NCBI GenBank assembly: GCA_001778695.1 | Contig: MFHU01000017.1 | Coordinates: 21,214-69,202, forward strand | DNA: 47,989 nucleotides | Source: Candidatus Giovannonibacteria bacterium RIFCSPHIGHO2_12_FULL_44_22 | Lineage (GTDB): Bacteria > Patescibacteriota > Minisyncoccia > UBA11713 > 2-01-FULL-45-33 | Direction of reading: 5' to 3' | Part shown: in pieces, positions 1-8,609 of the stretch | Position numbering within the stretch: the first letter of the stretch is position 1 | Layout of the letters: the number at the start of each line of letters is the position of its first letter | Position numbers and translations under genes: made by a program | The notes under the pieces: model-generated | Databases searched by the model: none | Told to the model about the DNA's origin: nothing | Seen by the model: only the letters and a program-made list of their open reading frames with translations

Positions 1-171
1 GCTTTTTCTAAATGCTCGCATTGCAGCGAGATCAAACTTCCGCACGTAATTTGCACCAACTGCGGGTATTATAATGACCGGCAGGTTGTCGACGTTTTAA
101 AGAAATTAGACAAAAAAGAACGCAAGAAAAAAGAAAAAGAGCTCGCCGTGAAAGAAGAGGCGAAGGCTTAA
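1..171 (+). CDS. rpmF: 50S ribosomal protein L32, 3' part (truncated by window edge)
   Basis: Frame 1 reads AFSKCSHCSEIKLPHVICTNCGYYNDRQV..., the CxxC...PHxxCxxCGYY zinc-ribbon motif of L32, upstream of nusB-rnc. Confidence 0.9.
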   Translation, partial: AFSKCSHCSEIKLPHVICTNCGYYNDRQVVDVLKKLDKKERKKKEKELAVKEEAKA

Positions 172-223
172 TAAAAAAATTAGCAGATTAGTTCTTTATC
201 CCAAGTAGTTTTGAAAAATAAAT

Positions 224-1123
224 ATGGCAAATAGGCACCTCGCGAGATCTGTGGCAATGCAATCTCTTTTCCAGTGGGACTTCAATGGAAGAAAGGACGA
301 GGAGATTGAAAAAGTTTTAGAGGCGAATTTAAAAGAATTCGCGCCTGGTTTGGACGACCGCCAATTTGTCAAAGAGCTAGTGGAGGGCGTTCTTAAGAAT
401 CGAGATAGGATAGACTCGATTATTGAGAAGGCTGCTCCGGAATGGCCCTTGGAACAGGTTGCAATGGTGGACCGCAATGTTTTAAGGATCGGGCTTTACG
501 AACTCCTGTTCGGTTCCCGAAAAGAAGTTCCGCCTAAAGTCGCCATTAACGAAGCAATTGAACTCGCTAAAACCTTTGGCTCGGAATCTTCCGGGCGTTT
601 TGTTAACGGAGTCTTGGGGACGGTGTATCGCGAAATCGGCGAGCCGGGACGGGATGAGACTTCCAAGAAAAAAGCGACGCTCGAAGATTTGGAAAACCTT
701 CCGGTAGAGGCGAAGGCCGGCGGGATAGTTTACCGCAAGGAAGGAAAAAATTTGCAGTTTGCCCTCGTGCACGATGTTTTCGGATACTGGACGCTATCTA
801 AAGGAAGCCCATTGGAAAACGAAGAAGCGACGGGCGCGGCGGAGCGGAAGGTTAAAGAAGAATTAGGGATTAAAAGCGCGAAAGTCATTGAAAAATTAGG
901 GCAGAACGAATATATCGCGAAGGACCCGGAAAAAGGGCAGGTCCGGCGCAAGGTGGATTATTTCCTGCTCGAGACCGAAGACCGGGATTTAAATTTGGAA
1001 CCCTCCGGCGGCCTCGACGACGCCAAGTGGTTTAAGGTGGACGAGTTGAAAGACATCAAGACTTATCCGGATATCAAGCCTCTTTTTTCGAAAGCCCTCG
1101 AAATCATAAACAAGCAATCATGA
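224..1123 (+). CDS. nusB: Transcription antitermination factor NusB fused to a C-terminal Nudix-like domain
   Basis: N-terminal R..AMQSLFQWD, DRNVLRIG, VAINEAIELAK.FG, FVNGVL motifs; C-terminal WTLSKG...ERKVKEELGI is Nudix-box-like. Confidence 0.9.
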   Translation: MANRHLARSVAMQSLFQWDFNGRKDEEIEKVLEANLKEFAPGLDDRQFVKELVEGVLKNRDRIDSIIEKAAPEWPLEQVAMVDRNVLRIGLYELLFGSRKEVPPKVAINEAIELAKTFGSESSGRFVNGVLGTVYREIGEPGRDETSKKKATLEDLENLPVEAKAGGIVYRKEGKNLQFALVHDVFGYWTLSKGSPLENEEATGAAERKVKEELGIKSAKVIEKLGQNEYIAKDPEKGQVRRKVDYFLLETEDRDLNLEPSGGLDDAKWFKVDELKDIKTYPDIKPLFSKALEIINKQS

Positions 1124-1812
1124 GCGAACTCGCTTTGTTAGAAGAAAAACTAAATATAAAATTCCAGAATAAAAAACTTTTAGAAGAGGCTTTTACGCAC
1201 CGCTCGTATTTAAACGAAAACCCGGACTGGGCGGGAAACCATAACGAGCGCTTGGAATTTTTAGGAGACGCGGTCTTGGAGTTGGCGGTGACGGAACATC
1301 TTTATTCAAATTTTCCGGATAAAACGGAAGGGGATTTGACGAGCTATCGCGCGGCTTTGGTTAACTCCAACATGCTCGCGGAGTTGGCGCAGGAAATCGG
1401 CTTAAACGATTATTTAATGCTTTCCCGCGGCGAAGCCAAGGATTTGGGGCGCGCCCGGCAATATATTTTGGCAAATACTTTCGAAGCCTTGGTCGGCGCG
1501 ATTCATCTGGACCAGGGTTATCTCGCGGCGGAAAAATTTATCAAAGAAACCGTACTCACTAAAGTAAGCGATGTCATCGCAAAAAAGCTTTTCCGTGACC
1601 CAAAAAGCGTTTTTCAGGAACGGGCGCAGGAAGCCGTCGGGATCACGCCGACATACGAAGTCATGAAAGAATGGGGCCCGGACCACAATAAACATTTCAT
1701 CGTCGGCGTGTATTTGGGCAAGGAGCTTATCGCGGAGGGCGAAGGGCCGTCCAAACAGGAAGCCCAGCTCCGCGCGGCGGAAGAAGGCTTGCGTGTAAAA
1801 AATTGGGCGTAA
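1120..1812 (+). CDS. rnc: Ribonuclease III
   Basis: NERLEFLGDAVL signature plus C-terminal dsRBD (DPKS.FQE...GEGPSKQEAQ). Confidence 0.97.
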   Translation: MSELALLEEKLNIKFQNKKLLEEAFTHRSYLNENPDWAGNHNERLEFLGDAVLELAVTEHLYSNFPDKTEGDLTSYRAALVNSNMLAELAQEIGLNDYLMLSRGEAKDLGRARQYILANTFEALVGAIHLDQGYLAAEKFIKETVLTKVSDVIAKKLFRDPKSVFQERAQEAVGITPTYEVMKEWGPDHNKHFIVGVYLGKELIAEGEGPSKQEAQLRAAEEGLRVKNWA

Positions 1813-1813
1813 A

Positions 1814-3976
1814 ATGAGGCTCACCCGTCTTGAACTAAACGGTTTTAAATCCTTCGGGAGCCAAACGGTCCTGGAGTTTCCGCACGCGATTTCCGGCGTG
1901 GTTGGCCCGAACGGTTCGGGAAAATCAAACGTCGCGGATTCGATCCGCTGGGTTTTGGGCGAGCAATCTATAAAAAGCCTTCGTGGAAAGCGCGGGGAAG
2001 ACATGATTTTTGCGGGCTCCTCGACGCAGTCCAAAATGTCTCGGGCGTCCGTAGTTTTAGTTTTTGATAATAAAAAACGCGAATTTCCTTTGGAATTTGA
2101 CGAAGTGCAGATCGAGCGCCGAGTTTATCGCGACGGCGTAAACGAATATTTGATAAATAAATCCGACGTGCGCCTGCGCGATATAATAGAACTTCTCGCG
2201 AAAGTTGGTTTCGGTTCAACTCGCCACCACATAATCGGGCAAGGCGAGGCCGACCGGATTTTGTACGCTTCCCCTTCGGAAAGAAAAGAGATGATAGAGG
2301 ACGCGCTCGGTTTAAAAATTTTCCACTTGAAGCGCGAAGAGGCGGAAAGAAAGCTTTCACGGACAGAGGAAAATATAAAGCAAATCGTCGCGTTGCAGAA
2401 AGAAATTCAGCCGCATTTAAAGTTTTTAAAATCGCAAGCCGAGAAATTCCAGATTTCTTCCGCCCTTCGCGAGGAATTGAAGGGCTTGCTCGAGGAATAT
2501 CTTTCGAAAAAACTCGCAACAATCGAAGAAAAAACCGACGAAATACACCTCCGGAAGAAACGGCCGTTTTCGGAATTGCGCGAGGTTGAAGCCGAGATTT
2601 TGAATTTGCGTAGAAGGATTGAGAAAGAAGATAAAAAGGAAACGCACGATTCCGGCAGGGACCGGGAGCTCGAGGAAAAACTGCGCAAGGTCCGCGAGGA
2701 TGAAATGAATTCACTCCGGGAATTGGGGAAGCTCGAAGGGATGATCGCGGCCGAAGAACGGGCGGCGCGAGCTTCCGCGGGTGAAGTCATCGCAAAAAAA
2801 GAAGCCGAGAGAATGCTCAAAGTTATCGCCGAGGCGATTGATAAAATCACGAGCCTCGAGATGTTGAAAAGTCTGAAGCATAAAGTTCTGGAATTCCTGG
2901 AAAATTTATCTCCCGCGAAAAAAGAAGAAATAAATTTGGAAGAAAAAAAGAAAGAGTTGGCCCTGCTTAAAGAGAAAATTGATAAGCTCGCCCTTGAGGC
3001 AAAAGAACTTTCGCGAAGATACGAAGAGGAAATTTCCAAGGCGCGGACGGAAGCGGAGGAGACGCGAAAAGACGAAAAAAGGGTTTACCAGTTGGAACTC
3101 GAAGCGGGAAAATTGAAGGACGTCCTGCGCTCGATCGAACTTGAAGAGGAGAAAATTAAACTTCTGCGGGAGGAATTTCATCGCGAGATAGAAGAAGCAA
3201 AACCGCACATGGACGCACGAATCGAGAAGGGAAAAGCCTTTGAGTCCGGGGAAGAGATGGAGGTACTCCGCAAAAAAGTTGAACGCACGCGCGTTAAACT
3301 CGAAGAGGCTGGCGGGATTGATCCGGACGTGATCAAAGAATTTAACGAAGTTTCCTCGCGCGACGAATTTTTGGTAAAAGAGCTTGGGGACCTGGACGAG
3401 TCGCATAAAAAACTCGAAGAGGTTATGGATGATTTAGAGGCGCGGCTTGAATTGGATTTCAAGTCCGGGATCTCCAAAATTAATTCCGAGTTTCAGGAAT
3501 TTTTCGCGACGATGTTCGGCGGAGGAAACGCGGCGTTGAAAATTATCAAACAGGACAAAAGAAGGCCCGCCGACCTGCCCGACGAAGCTTTAGCGGAGGC
3601 GGGAAGTCCGGATGAAATTGAATCAGGTATTGATATCAACGTCGATCTTCCGCGGAAAAAAGTCCGCTCGCTCGACGCGCTTTCGGGAGGGGAGAGAGCT
3701 TTGACCTCGATCGCCCTCCTGTTCGCGATGTCCGCGGTAAACCCTCCGCCGTTCTTGGTTTTGGACGAAACAGACGCCGCGCTCGACGAAGCGAATTCCC
3801 ACCGCTACGCCAAAATGCTCGAGAATCTTTCAAAAACAACCCAGTTGGTTTTAATAACCCACAACCGCAATACGATGAAGTGCGCGGGAATTTTGTACGG
3901 CGTCACGATGGGCTCCGACGGAGTTTCGAAACTGCTTTCGATTAAGTTTGAAGAAGCGGGAGCCTTAGTGGCCTAG
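1814..3976 (+). CDS. smc: SMC-family ATPase, shortened (720 aa)
   Basis: GFKSF, Walker A GPNGSGKS, coiled coil, LSGGE signature, Walker B LVLDETDAALD; rnc-smc synteny. Confidence 0.88.
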   Translation: MRLTRLELNGFKSFGSQTVLEFPHAISGVVGPNGSGKSNVADSIRWVLGEQSIKSLRGKRGEDMIFAGSSTQSKMSRASVVLVFDNKKREFPLEFDEVQIERRVYRDGVNEYLINKSDVRLRDIIELLAKVGFGSTRHHIIGQGEADRILYASPSERKEMIEDALGLKIFHLKREEAERKLSRTEENIKQIVALQKEIQPHLKFLKSQAEKFQISSALREELKGLLEEYLSKKLATIEEKTDEIHLRKKRPFSELREVEAEILNLRRRIEKEDKKETHDSGRDRELEEKLRKVREDEMNSLRELGKLEGMIAAEERAARASAGEVIAKKEAERMLKVIAEAIDKITSLEMLKSLKHKVLEFLENLSPAKKEEINLEEKKKELALLKEKIDKLALEAKELSRRYEEEISKARTEAEETRKDEKRVYQLELEAGKLKDVLRSIELEEEKIKLLREEFHREIEEAKPHMDARIEKGKAFESGEEMEVLRKKVERTRVKLEEAGGIDPDVIKEFNEVSSRDEFLVKELGDLDESHKKLEEVMDDLEARLELDFKSGISKINSEFQEFFATMFGGGNAALKIIKQDKRRPADLPDEALAEAGSPDEIESGIDINVDLPRKKVRSLDALSGGERALTSIALLFAMSAVNPPPFLVLDETDAALDEANSHRYAKMLENLSKTTQLVLITHNRNTMKCAGILYGVTMGSDGVSKLLSIKFEEAGALVA

Positions 3977-4230
3977 AAAGCTATGAATGGACCTGGTTGG
4001 CTCAAGATTAAAACTACAAAAGTTGAAACGATAACTAAGAAAGACCAAAGTAGAAAAGACCATTTTCTTCGCATGATGCTCATGCCAATGCCCCAGCCAA
4101 AAAGAGCAGCATAAACAAAAAGTAAAATAGGCAAAACCACATCGATATATTTTGAAAGCCATATAAAAATAACAAGGCCGATGAGTATCAGAAAGAAAAT
4201 AGAAAGTCGTGTCTGAACTATGTCGAGCAT
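3973..4230 (-). CDS. Small multi-pass membrane protein, unknown function
   Basis: About three hydrophobic segments; ATG at 4230 lies 6 nt after TGcTATTGT, a -10-like box. Confidence 0.6.
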   Translation of the reverse strand: MLDIVQTRLSIFFLILIGLVIFIWLSKYIDVVLPILLFVYAALFGWGIGMSIMRRKWSFLLWSFLVIVSTFVVLILSQPGPFIAF

Positions 4231-4284
4231 ATATTTACAATAGCACACTTGATTATTTTTTAGCTGTTAGTTACAATATAGACC

Positions 4285-4617
4285 ATGTTAATGATTCGGT
4301 TACAGAGAGTAGGGAGGCGGAATGACCCATCGTTTCGGGTGGTTATTACTGATTCCAGGAACTCCACTAAAAGCGGCAAATTTGTTGAAATTGTCGGCAA
4401 TTATGATACGCGGCATAAAGACAAAGTTCAGCTAGATAAAGAACGCATTCTGCATTGGATAAAGAATGGCGCCCGTACGTCAGATACTATGAATAACCTT
4501 TTGATTTCTAATGGGGTTATAACTGGCAAGAAGATAAACGTATCTTCGAAATCGAAGATTCCGGCCGGAGCGTCGGAACCGAAGGCAGAGGCCAAAACGG
4601 AGACGCCCGCCTCTTGA
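4285..4617 (+). CDS. rpsP: 30S ribosomal protein S16
   Basis: MIRLQRVGRRNDPSFRVVITDSR...GKFVEIVGNYD. Confidence 0.97.
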   Translation: MLMIRLQRVGRRNDPSFRVVITDSRNSTKSGKFVEIVGNYDTRHKDKVQLDKERILHWIKNGARTSDTMNNLLISNGVITGKKINVSSKSKIPAGASEPKAEAKTETPAS

Positions 4618-4689
4618 CCAGAAGCGTAAAATTTGCTATACTTATCATAGCGGTCGAGATTATTGGGAAGTATTTACGATATTAAAGAG

Positions 4690-5013
4690 ATGGCAGAAAA
4701 ATTCGGAGACCAGGATTTTCTAGAGTTTGTAGTTAAATCCCTGGTTGATAATCCGTCTGACGTCAAAGTCGGCCGAACGGTTGACGAGATGGGGGTTCTT
4801 TTGAACCTCAAGTTGAACCCAACAGATATGGGCAAGATAATCGGACGAAACGGAAATACTGCGAAAGCTATCCGCACTCTTTTGCGCGTAGTCGGGATGA
4901 AGAATCACGCTCGCGTGAACTTGAAGATCGAGGAACCGGAAGGATCCACGAGGCCTCAAAGAACTCCGGGAGCCGGCAGTATGGACCAGGTCATGGAAGA
5001 CCTTAAACTTTAA
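4690..5013 (+). CDS. khpA: KH-domain RNA-binding protein (KhpA/YlqC)
   Basis: DMGKIIGRNGNTAKAIRTLL KH motif, directly after rpsP; start placed at ATG 4690. Confidence 0.88.
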   Translation: MAEKFGDQDFLEFVVKSLVDNPSDVKVGRTVDEMGVLLNLKLNPTDMGKIIGRNGNTAKAIRTLLRVVGMKNHARVNLKIEEPEGSTRPQRTPGAGSMDQVMEDLKL

Positions 5014-5036
5014 TTAGATTTTAGTCTTTATGACGA

Positions 5037-5072
5037 CAAAAGCCCCAAGGGTCGGACCCGAGGGGCTTTTTG
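5037..5072. terminator. Bidirectional intrinsic terminator
   Basis: AAAAGCCCC...GGGGCTTTTT hairpin between convergent genes. Confidence 0.7.
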
Positions 5073-5089
5073 TTAGTTGGTGGGCGTAC

Positions 5090-5668
5090 TTAGTTGCGCC
5101 GGCTATCCAGGAACCCATTAATCTGGCCATGAATGCTTAGCGCACCCAAAAACAAAGCTGCTATCAGAACTATTTCCGATATAAGGTGCCAGCCACCGAA
5201 GATAGGAATAAGTGCCATTGACTGAACGACCATTTTAATTTTGCCGTATAAGTTCGCGCGCGCATCATACTTGAGTGCAAATCCGGCAAAGCGCATCACG
5301 ACGGACAAAAGTTCACCACCAAGAATTGCACCAACCAGTAATGGCAATTGAGCATAAAGCTCGAAACCAAAAACGGTCAGAATTATTAACTTATCAGCGA
5401 TGGGATCGATATTTGCTCCGCAAGCTGATTCTTGTTTTCGCTCTCGGGCTAACGGGCCATCAAACAAATCACTCATTACCGCAAAACATACAAGAAGAGG
5501 TATTAGTCTTGGAGCGAGTCCCGTAACGTATAAATACCAGACGCACGAGGCGACTAGAATCCTAAGATAAGTTATATGATTCGCAGTCACCCAGGAGGGG
5601 AGAAAGCGAACCAGTTCACGAAGATAGGACTCTTTAAGCGCCCACCCATAGTTAAAAAGTGCTTCCAT
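5090..5668 (-). CDS. CDP-alcohol phosphatidyltransferase (PgsA-like)
   Basis: ANHITYLR...DLFDGPLAR...GANIDPIADK matches the DG..AR...G...D...D motif; SD AAGGAGG. Confidence 0.85.
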   Translation of the reverse strand: MEALFNYGWALKESYLRELVRFLPSWVTANHITYLRILVASCVWYLYVTGLAPRLIPLLVCFAVMSDLFDGPLARERKQESACGANIDPIADKLIILTVFGFELYAQLPLLVGAILGGELLSVVMRFAGFALKYDARANLYGKIKMVVQSMALIPIFGGWHLISEIVLIAALFLGALSIHGQINGFLDSRRN

Positions 5669-5736
5669 TTTTCCCTCCTTTCTGCGAGAACTCTACCTTA
5701 CAAAAAGAAGCGGGGCAAGGGATTATTTTAAGACGT

Positions 5737-5777
5737 AAACAGCCCAGAAATCATTCCGATTTCTGGGCTGTTTTTTT
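5737..5777. terminator. Intrinsic terminator hairpin
   Basis: AAACAGCCCAGAAATC / GATTTCTGGGCTGTTT followed by a T-run. Confidence 0.7.
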
Positions 5778-5804
5778 TGCGACTAACTAGCCGCTATTTA
5801 CTGT

Positions 5805-6053
5805 TCACGATGGCTTACTTTCTCCGTGAAGTTTTCTCTGGAGGTCCTCGAATGCATCCAAAATTCTTTTTGGGGGATTGTCAGACTCTCCAAGGACAAC
5901 AACCTTGCCACTCCAAATGTCAGTCGCCAAAATTATTTCCAGATCCTCTAACAGCATCAAGGTCTGCGGACTGTTTTTGATATCCATCTTAGTGCAATAT
6001 CCTACCGTGCCTTTTCTGCTACCTTCCATCCAAAGAATTTTTATAATTTTCAC
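5805..6053 (-). CDS. Hypothetical protein, 82 aa
   Basis: ORF with GTG start after GGGG, directly downstream of the 6063-6218 ORF; no recognised motif. Confidence 0.5.
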   Translation of the reverse strand: MKIIKILWMEGSRKGTVGYCTKMDIKNSPQTLMLLEDLEIILATDIWSGKVVVLGESDNPPKRILDAFEDLQRKLHGESKPS

Positions 6054-6062
6054 ATACGCCCC

Positions 6063-6218
6063 CTAGGTTAATTCCGCTTGGATCTTGTGTTTTTTTCTTC
6101 CACCCTGAAGGGCGAGAAGTAAAACAACAACAGCACCAGCAGCAAGGACAATGATAGCTAAGGGTAGAATCCAACCAGTCAGCAGCCAAAGAATAATATT
6201 TTTTATTTTTTTAAGCAT
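6063..6218 (-). CDS. Small single-pass membrane peptide, 51 aa (not in ORF track)
   Basis: GGAGGAGG SD then MLKKIKNIILWLLTGWILPLAIIVLAAGAVVVLLLALQGGRKKHKIQAELT*. Confidence 0.65.
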   Translation of the reverse strand: MLKKIKNIILWLLTGWILPLAIIVLAAGAVVVLLLALQGGRKKHKIQAELT

Positions 6219-6286
6219 ATAGCCTCCTCCATTGTGAAGTAAAAGGACGCTTTTATCTAAGGTGATTTTGCATTATAATAACCACA

Positions 6287-7045
6287 ATGTCAAAGATTCG
6301 GTTCAATGTCATCACAATATTTCCCAAAATTTTCGACTCTTACTTTGGCGAGTCGATTATTAAGCGCGCTATCAAAAAGAAAAAAGCGGAGATTAAAGTC
6401 CATAACCTGCGGGATTTTTCGAACGATAAAAAACACCAAAAAGCCCGCCCGACCAAACCAGCCCAAAAGATTCATTCTGGCGGGTGGTCATTCGGGCGGG
6501 TTGACGATAAGCCGTACGGCGGGGGCGCGGGGATGGTTTTGATGGCCGGACCAATTTTGCGCGCGGTTAAATCACTTGGACGCTCGGCGTCCAAGTCAAA
6601 GCAGAAGGTTGTTATATTCTCCGCGAAAGGGAAGCCGTTTAACCAGAAAATGGCACATGATTGGTCTAAAAAATATAACAATTTTATTTTCGTGACCGGT
6701 AGATACGAAGGGATAGACGAACGCGTTGCAAAAATTTTGAAGGCTGAAGAAATTTCTATCGGGCCGTATATAACGACCGATGGTGATGTCGCGGCCATGG
6801 TTGTCGTCTCCGCGTTGACCCGCTTAATTCCGGATGTAATAAATTGGTCTTCGCTCGAAGACGAATCTTTTTTGCGTCAAGAATTAAAAAAGGAAGCGAA
6901 GCTCAAGGAAAAACAGCTCGAGTACCCGCATTACACCCGGCCGGAAATTTTAAGCTGGGGCGGCAAGAAATATAAAGTGCCGAGTGTCCTGTTATCGGGA
7001 GATCACGCAAAAATTAATTCCTGGCGCGACAGGCAGAGAAAATAG
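6287..7045 (+). CDS. trmD: tRNA (guanine-N1)-methyltransferase TrmD
   Basis: VDDKPYGGGAGMVL, GRYEGIDERV, LEYPHYTRP, VPSVLLSGDHA. Confidence 0.97.
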   Translation: MSKIRFNVITIFPKIFDSYFGESIIKRAIKKKKAEIKVHNLRDFSNDKKHQKARPTKPAQKIHSGGWSFGRVDDKPYGGGAGMVLMAGPILRAVKSLGRSASKSKQKVVIFSAKGKPFNQKMAHDWSKKYNNFIFVTGRYEGIDERVAKILKAEEISIGPYITTDGDVAAMVVVSALTRLIPDVINWSSLEDESFLRQELKKEAKLKEKQLEYPHYTRPEILSWGGKKYKVPSVLLSGDHAKINSWRDRQRK

Positions 7046-7089
7046 TCGAGCGGCCGCCTTGGGCGACCGCTCTTTATGTCTTGTGGCTG

Positions 7090-7197
7090 TCAAAATTTGA
7101 TTAAGATGATCATCCCGGCGAATGCTAGGAGAAATACGGCGTAGACCAGTAAGGCCAATGGAAAGGTATCTGGGGCCGGCTCTTCATCTTTTGACAT
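7090..7197 (-). CDS. Small single-pass membrane peptide, 35 aa
   Basis: SD TAAGGAGGTG before ATG; MSKDEEPAPDTFPLALLVYAVFLLAFAGMIILIKF*; hairpin at 7048-7072 downstream. Confidence 0.6.
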   Translation of the reverse strand: MSKDEEPAPDTFPLALLVYAVFLLAFAGMIILIKF

Positions 7198-7241
7198 AAA
7201 CCACCTCCTTATTGGCTTTATTTTAAGGCCTATTTTGTCTA

Positions 7242-7269
7242 TTGACAATGAATAAATGGCGGCTAGAAT
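7242..7269 (+). promoter_or_regulatory. Putative sigma70 promoter of the 16S rRNA gene
   Basis: TTGACA-N16-TAGAAT about 220 nt upstream of the 16S gene. Confidence 0.65.
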
Positions 7270-7370
7270 GGAGTGATGCTTGTGCCACCCAGTATGGTGG
7301 CACTTTAGAATCGGAAAGAAACTTAACAATTTACGAAGAATCACACAAATACCACTCCATACTTATTAAC

Positions 7371-7462
7371 TTAATTATGGTCTGGTACAAGTAAAATATA
7401 AAAAGTCCAAACGGACAGAAGCACCATTCCATTTTTATCAATTAATTATGGTCTGGTATAAG
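7371..7462 (+). repeat. 21-nt direct repeat in the 16S leader
   Basis: TTAATTATGGTCTGGTACAAG (7371-7391) and TTAATTATGGTCTGGTATAAG (7442-7462). Confidence 0.8.
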
Positions 7463-7498
7463 AAAATAAATTTTCTCTTTTGTCCCGTTCATTCATAA

Positions 7499-7538
<40 letters not shown>

Positions 7539-8456
7539 GATAAGGCATGCAAGTCAAACGGAACTTATTTTGAAGGAGTTGCGATTACATCAAGACAACG
7601 GATTCATAGGTTTAGTGGCAGACGGGGTAGTAACACGTAGGAACATCCCCCAGAGACGGGTATAACTAGCCGAAAGGTTAGCTAATCCCCGATAGTCTCG
7701 TAAGAGTAAATCACTTAGATTGGCTCTGGGAATGGCCTGCGGGATATCAGCTTGTTGGCGAGGTAATTGCTCACCAAGGCTATGACGTCTAGGGGGCGTG
7801 AGAGCGCGACCCCCACCAATGGAACTGAGACACGGTCCATACACCTACGGGTGGCTGCAGTCAAGAACATTTGTCAATGGGCGAAAGCCTGAACAAGCGA
7901 CGCCGCGTGCGGGATGAAGCTCTTCGGAGTGTAAACCGCTTTTATAGGGGAGGAACTAAAGTGACGTTACCCTATGAATAAGGCCTTGCTAACCTCGTGC
8001 CAGCAGCCGCGGTAATACGAGGAGGCCAAGCGTTATCCGGATTTATTGGGCGTAAAGGGTGTGTAGGGGGCATGGTTAGTCTCCGCTTAAATTTTCGGGC
8101 TCAACCCGGAATCCGGCGGAGAAACGGCCAAGCTAAGAGGGTGCCAGAGGCAAATGGAACTCATGGTGTAGGGGTGAAATCCGTTGATATCATGGGGAAC
8201 ACCAAAGGCGAAGGCAATTTGCTGGGGCATTCCTGACCCTGAAACACGAAAGCGTGGGGATCAAAAAGGATCGAAAAGTTCCGTTTACAAGGCGGACTGG
8301 TCCAATTGTGAAGTAATTCGCAATATAAAAACTTGGCTATATCGGGGAACATCTCGCGAAGCGAGACAATCCCGAGGGAAGTTGTGTGTTCAAATTTCTG
8401 GAAAAAGAAAAAGGCGCAGCTGTGCCGAGCCTTGGGAAATCACTGATCGATCTAAG

Positions 8457-8609
8457 TCATCGCTTGGTAGTAGACTCAAGCTTAGCGCATGCCAGAGCTG
8501 TTAGAAAACAGCCTAGTAGCAGCATCGCAAGAGTTGCGAGGGGTCCATACGCGAGGACGGGCTTACTTAGAGCGGTCAAAAGTGTTATTAGAACTCCAAT
8601 TATAACCAT
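8457..8609 (-). CDS. 50-aa hydrophobic peptide encoded antisense in the intron P6 extension (not in ORF track)
   Basis: TTGACA-N17-TATTCT promoter (8655-8627), SD GGAGGT, MVIIGVLITLLTALSKPVLAYGPLATLAMLLLGCFLTALACAKLESTTKR*, then hairpin and U-tract. Confidence 0.75.
   Translation of the reverse strand: MVIIGVLITLLTALSKPVLAYGPLATLAMLLLGCFLTALACAKLESTTKR

Noticed and set aside
1414-3839. Long minus-strand ORFs opposite rnc and smc, and similar ones opposite other core genes
   Set aside because: Antisense shadows of well-supported genes, with no motifs or start signals.
7201-7211. CCACCTCCTTA upstream of 16S as a displaced or permuted anti-SD tail
   Set aside because: It lies upstream of the likely rRNA promoter and is explained as the reverse complement of the SD of the 7090-7197 ORF.
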